DNA of 64,000 bases, taken from NCBI GenBank assembly GCA_051362555.1, contig CM120640.1, forward strand, positions 39,782,788 to 39,846,787, read 5' to 3'. The DNA comes from Lingula anatina. Lineage: Eukaryota; Animalia; Brachiopoda. The notes under the pieces were generated by a model. It saw only the letters and a list, made by a program, of their open reading frames with translations, ran no database searches and was not told the DNA's origin. Made by a program: the position numbers and the translations under genes. Below, in pieces: positions 41,024 through 64,000 of the stretch (positions are counted from its first letter, which is position 1; each line of letters starts with the position of its first letter).

Positions 41024-44000
41024 ATGGCTAAGGTCCCGATCGTCAGCCTGAACCAGGAACAGTCTACGCTGGTTCCAGAAGTCATGAATGCCCTGCAAAC
41101 CTTCGGCTTTATGTGCGTCAGCGACCACGGTTTGAATGAAGACATCGTAAGTGATATCCCCCACTAAGATCTCGTATGCTTACTTACTTCAGGGAATTAT
41201 ATCGTAGACTACGATATAATTCCCTGCTTACTTGGAAATAAGTGGACTGAAATTGGTCAGATTATAGTAATATTATGATTGCTTAGGCATTACACAGGAA
41301 GATGATCATCAGAAACATGAATACGAAATATGGTTACTGCATGGTATGTGATTATTGTGGCTGTTCTGCATATTATGATTATTGTGGCTTGAAAGCGTCT
41401 TGCACATTATGCCAATGAAAAGGCATACAACCAAGAAAAAGAAAATTACTGCACGTCTCTGAACTTTATCCTGTTGAATGTACCACTACATCTTACATTA
41501 CAGTATTTACACTATTTCTTACATATCAGCAAACTAATTTGGACTTATCACTAGAGTTATCCTACTAGTTTTGACTACCGGAGATATGTGACAACTGTTA
41601 TCAAATTCGACATTTTAACCTTCACACACCATAGGTGTACCAAAAGGAAAAATCCTTTTAATCCTTTTAAAATAATCTATAACGAAATATTCCAAAAATT
41701 CCAGCGAAGACAAAAGATTTCATCTGGTAACAAGTATGAAAACTGTGTGCAGTAGATTTAACACTATATGTTATAGAACTGGTTTCTTAATATTTTGTCT
41801 GCAGATAAACAGAGCCTTTCAATCATCAAAGAGTTTCTTCAATCTACCGACAGACGTAAAAAACGCTTATGCATTGGGGAAAATAGACGGCCCCTACAGA
41901 GGCTATGCAGGCTTAGAGCTTGAAAGGTATTGTTGGTAAAGGAATTCCCTATCTTGTAAAATGCTCACCCCTATGTCGTGCTATAGGAACATTCTTGATT
42001 TATTCTATTGATGAAATTTGTATAGCATTGAATCCGTATTCCTTATTTCCGTGAAAGTAATATGAAACCCGGTGCAATAATTGTTACTTAATTTTAAAAT
42101 TTATGAAGCTTTTATTTTACCTTATTAGTTCGCTCTTACTGTGTATTTTGAACATGGTTTTTTATTTGTTTTACAGTTTAGATCCTCTGAAACCAGCTGA
42201 TTTGAAAGAATCATTCAGTTTCATACCAAGTTCACAGGTAAAAGGTCACTTTTCGGATATCCGACGCTGTGTCCGAATCTTATCTGTCAAAAACAAGCTA
42301 CTGACCGCTTGATTTTCAGGGATCTCACTGGAGCCTCAACTGCCTCTTTCGTATTCAGGATGTGATACAAGTATCTGAAGCTCAGGGTGCCGTTATTATC
42401 GTGGCACGTTTCCGGTCGTCACTCTCGGCCTGAGAAAATTTCGCCAAAACGTACTGCCCCATTGTATCAAATCGTGGCTTCTTGGCGTGAAATGTTGATT
42501 AAGATATGGTGCAATTCTGATGGAAAATTGTTAAGAGAAGACACTAAAGTCAGATTGTGTTAGGTGTACATTACTTGTCACATCCAGTGTTTCAGTATTG
42601 AGCACAGAACAATATATCGAAGTACGACAGTGGATGTTTGTTTATAGCTCATATGGAGTTTAATGACTTTTTTGCACAGCATTATTTTCTAAACAAGTCT
42701 ATGACAAAATGTAGTAACTTGTGTGATTTAATTGGAAAATTGATTACTTGTGTGATTATAAGAATGATATTTAGTGACATATTGACTTTTTCATCTAGGC
42801 TTTAGAATGGCCCGACAGATATGTGCCAAACTTTGCCATCGATATGATGACGATGCTTCAAAACACAGCAGAGCTTGGATGCCAGATACTATCGTTAATT
42901 GGTGAAGGGCTTGTGCTGCAGGTATAGATATAGTATTACAAAACTGCATACATGTATTTTTTATATTCGCAATGATTTTTAATCAGCATTAGGTAATTTT
43001 TAGAAAGTTTAACTAATTATCGAAGACCATACACACATACTGCCCAAAACAGTATTTATCACTTACTATTTATATCAGCGTCAATTTTCTTTTTATGTTA
43101 GTGTAAAAACTACCTGAGGGAGTGCCACAGCTACATGGATTTCACAAAAAACCAAACCGCGCTTCGAACTTTACACTACCCGCCTGCAGGACAGAATCGC
43201 GGTAAATTGGTGACCAAAACTTCACCATAAAACCTCCCTTGATCTCTTTAAGCTTGTAACAAGGCGTTCCGATCATAATTTCTTAAAACCCAATGAAATG
43301 GACTGGATGTCAGAATAATAAGAGAATTAAACAGATAAGTGAAAGGCATTCATTAGGATCAAAAGATTAACGCAAGGCTTACCTCTTTAAGTGCCGTACA
43401 AGTAGTCTAAAGTGTGTCTGTTGATCACTTTCCTTTGTTTTCAGAAGTAAAATTTCAATGATTAAGAAATAAATGAGATTTTTGAAAACCATTCTCTTTT
43501 TTTGCAGTGTTTCAACCAGGTCAACTACATTGTGGAGAACACGCAGACTACGGGAGCCTCACACTGTTGTTCCAAGACTCCCCGGGACTTGAGGTGAGGG
43601 ACGGTGGGGAAAATTTTATCCAACGGGTGATAATTGCAGTATCAAATCTTAAGTGACACATTCAAGGATCAAGTCGTAAATCCAAATTTTTTTCGTCTTT
43701 TTATTTATTTATTTATTTGATAAATTTTCTCTCATGCATACGCAGATGATGTACACTCGTATTCTGAAAGCAAGACAGGAACTGAAACATTTTCTTTTTT
43801 GGAATCTTTGTTTGAAATGATTCAAAACTGGGGGGGGGGGGGATTCAAGGGAGTTATTTTTGAAGCACTATCGGTTCCCGTTATCCATTTATTTAGAAAT
43901 TGTGCCAGTTATCATTAAACTCATTTATGACAGATTATGACCGAAGCTGGCAAATGGATCCCTGTTCCCCCCGTGGCCGGAACTGTAGTAATCAACATTG

Positions 44001-44541
44001 GTGACATGCTTCAGAGATGGAGCTCAGACAGATTGCCATCGACCGTGAGTATTTAAGTTCATGCCATATCCTGTATGTGTTTTTCACAAGCCGGAATAGC
44101 AAATTCGCTTACATAAAGGAGAAATATCCTGTATTTTGAAAGCGTTTGTTTAATCTGAGTGATCATAACCTTCCCGTATTGAGTGTTATTATACAATTGC
44201 CATCATTACAAAAGAATAACATCGCCTAGCGCTGATGTTACATGTATAATATATGAAGCCCGGTGTCCCATAGTATGTGAGATGAAATGAAATTGTTTTA
44301 CCTCGTCAAATTAATAGAACACACTAAGATATCCGTATTTCATTTTTTTCTATAATAGAGACATCGAGTCACATTCGGTGGGAAAGACGAAAAAAGCGTC
44401 CCTCGGCAGTCCTTAGCGTTATTCATGAACCCGGATACGGACACAGTGATTCGGTGTTTAGATGGATCTGACAAGTATCAGCCAGTCACCATGAAAGAAT
44501 ACTTGGCCATGAAGCATAAGGCTGCATACTGTTCAGACTGA
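41024..44541 (+). CDS. 2-oxoglutarate/Fe(II)-dependent oxygenase, isopenicillin N synthase-like (DIOX_N + 2OG-FeII_Oxy), 8 exons, ~302 aa
   Basis: Exons 41024-41146, 41805-41926, 42177-42237, 42799-42921, 43102-43201, 43508-43593, 43934-44044, 44359-44541 join in frame. Motifs VPIVSL, FGFMCVSDHG, FFNLP, RGY, DLKESF, LRTLHYPP, GEHADYGSLTLLFQD (HxD), VINIGDMLQRWS, STRHRV (distal His), RQS (2OG-binding RxS). Confidence 0.92.
41190..41226. mobile_element. 37-bp perfect hairpin with 7-bp flanking duplication (minimal DNA-transposon derivative)
   Basis: CAGGGAATTATATCGTAG-A-CTACGATATAATTCCCTG flanked on both sides by CTTACTT (41183-41189, 41227-41233). Confidence 0.75.
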
Positions 44542-45358
44542 AATACCATTTCTGCATTTAGCTAACACACACTACTACAATGCTGTAAGACATTTAAGGA
44601 TTTATTACCATCCAAATACCTAAGATGTGGTTTTACCTGCATTTAAATATTCAATAATGCATCAATCTTTATGCTGATTAAAAAACCATAGAAAACCCCT
44701 CGAAAATATAAAATATCGTCGTTTATATTTTCGATTGCTATGTACATGTAGCATAGGAAACTCTAAGCTTTAATCGTCAATTAAACACCTTTCTATTTAG
44801 AGGTGACATAGCATTCGATACGGAGCGTAACTTTGTCCCTGAACAAGATTATATTACAAAAACTGGCATAGTTGACCACAACCGTAGAGACTTCGATCCT
44901 GTGCCGTCATTGGGTTTAATTTTTTTTTTCAGATTTTTATTATACAAAGGCATTATTTTGCTTTATCTGAACTAAGGCTTTTAAGAAAAATCGCTGGCAG
45001 GGTTTTGGAGTACTAAATGTTGTCTTTAAATTGGCGTGAAATGGTGTTCATGGGTGCTCAGATAAAGGAGAAATTTTATTAACTGTTTTTTCTATTTTTA
45101 CTCAAAAATCCCAATTTTGACATCACCCGTATACTGGCATGTGTGTAAATGTTAATAAATTTTGTCATTAAATACTGAAGATTTATCTGTTACCCAAAAG
45201 AATGTATGTAAGGCAGTAAATAAGGAGTTTTTGGAAAACGCTCACAGCAAACAACTTATTACACATCAGAAAACATTTTACACATTGAAATATTTATTCA
45301 ATATATGCGATAGGAACAACAACAACGACAACAAAATATAATTCAAAATTTTAATTGT

Positions 45359-47164
45359 TTAAACAACTTCAATGTTAAAAAGCTTCCCTAGTCTTTCCTG
45401 TATCGATATATTGGATGCGATGTCATAGACGTTAGAATAAACCAGATGGTTACTATTTAGATACGTATGGATCCATAGATGGTCGCAATAAGCAGTTGAA
45501 GGTGGAGGGGGCGTAAACCAGTGCTTTACCAAATATGCACAAAGTTTTCGAGTTTGTTGATGCTGGCTTTTATCTGTTATTCTTCGTCTTAAATTGTTAC
45601 ATGCAGTTTTAATTTCACCTTTGCGCACTTTGTCGTAACTTGGCATAAGATATTTTGGATCCGCCAAATATATTTGGTCTTCATATCGTGTCATGTTGGA
45701 CTTGAGATATTCACGATATAACCTATCAAATTTCACAGGTCCAGTAACGCCCACGGGGTCTGTCTGGGTCTTCTCATCCTTAGGGGAAACTCTCTGGTAT
45801 TCGTGAACTATTTTTTTGAAAAAAGGGTGACGAGGTCTGCTGGCCAAGATTGCTGTGCTGACCAATCCATCGGGTTTTTCATAGAGAAAGAAGCTATGTT
45901 CAAAAGGCTCTAGGGAAAGAACACATGACTTATTCAGAATAAAGTCGTCAATTGTGCGCAAATTAATAATATCAAGATCGGCATAAATGCCGCCTATTTC
46001 GTACATAATAAAATGCCGTATGATATCAGCACGAAATATTTCTCGCTGAAAACCATGATATTGTTCGTAGAAATTAGGAAATCGTGTTTTTATCAAATAT
46101 TCCCAGTCGGCTTTGGTCCAGAACCAGTATTCCCATTCAGGCGAAGGGTGGTTCTGCATCCAGCTTTTCATCCAGTTTACGCTTATTTTGGGAACTCTGT
46201 AGTCGTGCCAGATCTGGTGAATAATTTTTGGTATCTCATAGTGTGGAGAAGTCTCCATTTCGGTCTCTTTAAACCTGTAGCGCGCGCACAGTGACGGGAC
46301 ATTAAGGAACATATTTAACAAAACCACGGTTGCAGCCAAGCCTATAGTTAGCAAAACCAATAAATAAGTCCTGTAAATAAAAATGAGCAATATGATGCAT
46401 AACATTTTGGATTTTTGTGGCGTGGTTATGCCAATCTTGTCGCCTCAGAATGTTCCTTGTCTACGCACATGCAGGCTTTCTGTCACTGCACATGGGTCTC
46501 TGAAAATCTGAAACTGAAAATGCAGTGGCAGATATAGAGGGGGGAGTCAGGGGGGTCCCCTCTTGAAATTAGAATTTCGACTAGCTAAATCATAGTTCTT
46601 AACCGTACAAAATTGCACCGTTCGCTCTCGCCAAGTGTGTGTGTGTGTGTGGTTGGGGCGGTTGGGGGGGGGGGGGGGAGGGGGGTCGGCTTGCTTCGCA
46701 TCCGCAGACTCCCTCTTCAAATAATCCTGGATCCGTCCCTGAAATGCCACGTGCCTCAGTATATGCATTACACTCGACATACATATGTACTATTACTATA
46801 GACTAACGCACAGACATGCTGCAGTAGATCGTGGTTATTTCAATATTAATGGGGTCTCGAAGTACTGTATCTCTACCGACGAAAGAATGACATCTATCAT
46901 TCAATTGCTAATAATGATAAGTCTTTTTGTTGTTGTTGATGTCTGAAGAGAAAAACTGCTCCAATTTAGACTCTTTCACAATCGCACTAAAATATGCTTA
47001 ACTCACTTGTTTTTTTTCCCTGAATATTGTAACAAAATTATAGACAGTCGACAACAAGGATGCTTTATCTAGACCGCTTTAAATCTCATCATAATCGGCC
47101 ATTTAAAAAGGATATATAATACCCTACGCTGTATAGAATAAACTTACCTATTAGCAAACCTCAT
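45359..47164 (-). CDS. GT32-family (DXD) glycosyltransferase, type II membrane protein, copy B (paralogue of 37794-39212)
   Basis: Inferred first coding exon 47164-47148 (ATG AGG TTT GCT AAT AG|gtaagt) spliced in phase 2 to 46370-45359, giving MRFANRTYLLVLLTIGLAATVVLL. Same IPKIIHQIW, GGIYADLD and HLWIHTY motifs; 183 of 199 core residues identical to copy A by manual comparison. Confidence 0.88.
46523..46741. mobile_element. Possible degenerate MITE in intron of GT32 copy B
   Basis: CAGTGGCAGATATAGAGGGGGG ... GGATCCGTCCCTG imperfect inverted ends with G-runs and (GT)n inside; it begins where intronic similarity to copy A stops. Confidence 0.35.
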
Positions 47165-49019
47165 CCCTGTTGTTAGTTCTCTTACCTCAGACTAACAAAT
47201 CTTGCCCTGGGTTATATATATATATATATCTGTGCGTATTCTCTCGTATACATGTATCAAGGCAACTTAACGTAGGCCTACATACCACTACTGTGCATGT
47301 ATATGAAAAACATCACGAAGTGACGTGTCATCAGACGAGGTTGTGACCTCCCCCTTTAGTTTTACGAAGTTAGTTTACAATTTATTCCAGATCCTGATTC
47401 GTGTTACTTTGATAATGTGATGATGTGAATTTAAACTACGACATGAGCTGCGACCACATGAATTCACATAACACTACAAACAGTCTACCTCTTCCTTCCC
47501 CTCTTTTAAATGAGTATCTTTTTTTTTCGGCCCACGATCATGAAGCGAGATAGCACCTCAACCGGATTTTTTTCTTAGTCATTACACGTATTTACACACC
47601 ATAGCATGGTATGGGCGAGAAGCCGACTGGAGAAGCCTAATATCTACTGTCTACATAATGTATCCATTTTGTGCGCTGCAGCAAGGGGCGCTATCAAAAC
47701 ATTCTTCCCCAGTGGCTCAACCTTGAATAAATTGGATTTTACTATTAGGCCGACCACCCCAGACGAACTTGAAGTAAATGCCTACATACATGTATGTTTG
47801 GTTTGGCAATTCAAATTAATTTTAAATGACGAACAAAATTTATTCATGTGATAGATGATATATGGAACGAAGGCTATCATTAGAAATAACCTTGAACAAA
47901 ATGTCGTGATATCGATCAGGAAGAGTTTAATACTTGCACAACTACGCATCGATAAACGGGTATTCTCGTATAATTTAATTAAAATCGAATCGATTTGTTT
48001 TTGCTCGAATTAAGTAGGCCCTACTGGCGCCATATACTAAGCACCCTCTATTTTTTGCCAAAACATCGGAACGCGTCCCCACATCACCCTGATAGTTAAA
48101 CCGACAGACTCGTCAGAGATACAGCCTGTGACATAAAGTTCTTGACTGGGATTTAGCATAGGCCTACCTAATAGCTTTTATCTTTTTCGGACATTAAGAA
48201 TCAGTCAACATGTTTCTGAAATAAAACTTTTTCAATGAAAAAATAAAACTACATGTCGCCTACTACTACTACTCGTGACTACTTACATGTAGTACAACCA
48301 CAACTACGGTACAACTATCTTACATCACTAGTACATGTAGGCCTACATGACACCGAGATGTAGGGGCCTACCTGTAGGCTACAAGTCCGACGAGTAGGCC
48401 CACATGCAGGGACCAGTAGGTCGAGCAGTCGGACGGTCACACAGCTTTTAACATTTTTTCGATAGGCCTACAACGGTTAAAAGTCTAAACATTTTAAAGA
48501 TGGCAAATTAGGCTAATTAAATTTTATTCAGTCATTAAACACGGGTTCATTTTGATAAAAAAAAAAGACGAGAAGATTTTTTTAATATTTTGATTTGACA
48601 CTGGATAGAGTCGCTGTAACGTGAAGGTTGGGGAGAACTACAGATATTTTTGAGGACGCTAGTAAAATTTGTTGTGTTTTTGTCGCATACCGGGTAGGCC
48701 TATATAAGGCTATATTCATATATATATGTACGGTGCGCGTGTTTTGGGACATGCCCTGTAGCTTAAAACAAAATGCGGGGGATGGGGGTCACTAACACAC
48801 GACGTAAGAACAGAAAAAAAGCATCATCTTGCTTCACCGCTTTGAGCACTATTTGAAGAAAAATTTAAGAAAATACGCATTTGGACAGCACTTGCATTAT
48901 AAGCTACAGATAAACTTGAAATACAGATAAAACGGTGATAGCACCATGGGAAGCGGAGTAAGATCATCAATGGCACTTATTTCTTTCGCGTAAAATACAG
49001 TGCGCATTTGAACGGCGGT

Positions 49020-49151
49020 GACACGCATTACTTCCGGCTTGGGGTGTCCGCTGCTCGGTTTCATTATATTTGCAAATTGTGACTATGTGTTAACCCAAAG
49101 AAGTTATTCATTGCATATAATTAGACACACAAGTCATATCAGAGTATTTTG
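49020..49151 (+). promoter_or_regulatory. Probable UAP1 promoter / non-coding first exon
   Basis: CpG-richer segment with ACTTCCGG (ETS-like) and TGCGCAT just upstream, ending in a strong donor G|gtaagt at 49151/49152. The UAP1 ATG exon has its own acceptor at 50491-50492, which requires an upstream exon. Confidence 0.45.
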
Positions 49152-50504
49152 GTAAGTGCTTTATTATTGAACTATGGAGGTATTCTTAGAAAATGTACAT
49201 TATTTCTAGCCTCGATAACTGTCTCCCCTCCCAGCTACGCTGCAATGTGCATATCAATCGTGAGTGTTGAGAGACAGTAGTTCACTATATATGTAAGATC
49301 AATTGCAGGTCATGTTATGTTATCATAGCAGTTGTACGTGACATTTGAATTGTGTAAAATCTTCAATTATCTCTAAATATGTTAAAATAAATACAGGTGC
49401 CTCGGCTTATGTTTGTCAACACCGTATCTTAGTCTCTGGTGCAGCGGCCCGCTGAGACGAGGTTTGTTTACATTTGTGGGTAGTGACCCAGGAAAAAATT
49501 GTCGACGTGGGCATGATGTCCACTCACTCATCTGGAACTGCCCACTGTCCAATGCGGGTCATATTTTAAAGTCTCTTTTATTTGGGCGGAAGGGGTGTTT
49601 CCCTGCCAAACGTGTCATCTCAACGTGTACTTGTTTTACACCACATATTTACACACAGTATTTATGGATTTTATATTTGATGTATGATGTCCTCCAATTA
49701 CTTACCTATCACGTCATACCCTTGTAGTAGTACCACTTATATCTTTATTGCAGGTCATACTGCTAATATTTAACATTATAATCTTGCTCAGCCACCAGTG
49801 CCTTTCTCATTTAATTGGCCCTATTATGTATAAAAGATAAAGCAAGGCATTATTCTTATACATGGTTTGGGCAAGTGGAGTCTCATGAGTACTGGCAAGT
49901 CGACTGTTGCATCTGTTACTATAGACAACAAATGGTGGTTTGTCACATGCCATTTGCTATATATGGGAAGGGACACAGACAAGGAGGCCTATGTACAGTA
50001 TATAACAAGTAGTCAGTACCCAGTTGTTTTACCATTTGCGTGACGGTTTACAGTGCAGAAGCATTGAGTGTGTAGCGGCTACCAAATAGCTCAGCTCGTC
50101 ATTTCACACAGGATTCTCTGAGGTACTGCATTGTATCACCCAGGTGTATTTATCTGTCTTAAAGAGTTTGGTTTGAACTTTAAGGCGCAACAACAATTGT
50201 GTACAATGGGAAGGTGTATGTTAAGTGTTGCATTTGTGCATTCAAAGTTTTATGCTGATTCAGTAACATTTGGTTTAGTGATATCAGTGTCTGTTACCTT
50301 ATGTGTTTGGACAATGTTGAGATTAATAATTTGACATTAAAAGTTCGGATAACTTACACAGTATTACAAAAATTAGTGTAGAATAGTTGTCATATTTTAT
50401 TCTTGTAAAATATTTTTCTGTCTGTGTATCCAGACTGAACTTAGAATTTCTACAAGTGATATATTTTTAATGCGATGCCTCTTTTATTTCAGTAGACATC
50501 AATC

Positions 50505-63140
<12,636 letters not shown>

Positions 63141-64000
63141 CGTAACATAATATGGACATGTAGAAGGACTTCCATTTTTCCAGCGGCCAGTTAGATGTAG
63201 GAATCTGCAGTGTATGCTGTACAAGTGTTAAGGAAACCAGCTGTTATTTGTTAGTGGTGTCAATGAAAATGGTTCATATGTTTATCGATCAGTGTGAAAA
63301 TACAGGTACCCTCATGGTAGATGAGTGCTGACATCGAATTAAGTGGTGTTGAACAATTGGAAATATTATTATTATTTCTAAGAGTATTTTTCTTCAGGAC
63401 TGAAAACTCAGGCAGTTTATTGTATTCCGAGACTGGAACCGATTGTAACTGCTGAATTATTTAAGCCTTTGGTGTGTAATCTAGAAGTTAATTTTGGGTA
63501 CTTATGCTTGATAAACAATTGGATTATTTTCAGAAAGGAAGAACGGATGCACCTTGTACGTAAAAGACTTAGTGTAAATAGAAAAATGTCTATGACTGTT
63601 GTGTGGAATTGTTGTGAAGTTCGTGTGCATTCTGTACTCTAGATCTGTTTTGTTGATTAATGTTAGTTTAAGTTCAATCACTTGTTATTTAATCAAAATG
63701 TTATGCGTGAAAAACTAAAATTAGTGGAAGTAACCGTACTAAAATGAAGAAGAAGAGGAGAATGTAAGGCCTTAATAACTTACACTTGCAACATGATTGT
63801 ACATGTTGTACTTGACCTATATGTATTGTAGTGGAGATTTTTGAGTTTGTTACATCCAAAATGAGGTTGGTGTGTACATGACATTTTTTTTTTTTTTTTG
63901 TTGCAGACAAATTTACTAGATATTCAGCAGGGTGTATTTTAAGCTTGCACAACAACCATGGATGTCTCAGTATTACCAAGCATAAAAATCTAACACGCAG

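Noticed and set aside
44480-44541. Oxygenase as a coelenterazine-pathway 'FYY' IPNS homologue or a true IPNS
   Set aside because: C-terminus is AAYCSD, not FYY; no ACV synthetase or other beta-lactam genes in the window.
44860-44915. TTCGATCC B-box-like motif suggesting tRNA/SINE
   Set aside because: No cloverleaf or properly spaced A-box could be identified.
45359-46405. Single-exon start MLCIILLIFIYR for GT32 copy B and GTG start at 38220 for copy A
   Set aside because: Both overlap a TTTATTTACAG acceptor shared by the paralogues, and phase-matched upstream ATG exons exist.

Overview
AT-rich, intron-rich animal genomic DNA (probably a marine invertebrate; the taxon cannot be fixed from sequence), not prokaryotic, so most entries in the ORF track are exon fragments or noise. 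Manual GT-AG exon assembly with phase checking gives seven complete-looking genes. In order: a 15-exon PC1/3-type prohormone convertase (-); CUTC (-) head-to-head with COX15 (+), start codons 166 bp apart; two convergent GT32/DXD glycosyltransferase paralogues flanking an 8-exon IPNS-like 2OG-Fe(II) oxygenase; and UAP1 (+). Introns carry several MITEs, a 5'-truncated LINE with target-site duplication and simple repeats. Most notable: (1) a 79-bp tandem array that multiplies the AG|GT splice acceptor of the last COX15 exon; (2) the GT32-oxygenase-GT32-UAP1 block as a candidate animal glycosylation/biosynthetic cluster, with signs of gene conversion between the inverted GT32 copies; (3) a frame-preserving UAP1 cassette exon at the position of the human AGX2 insert; (4) a perfect 37-bp hairpin with a 7-bp target-site duplication. 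All functional interpretations are hypotheses; no searches were run.
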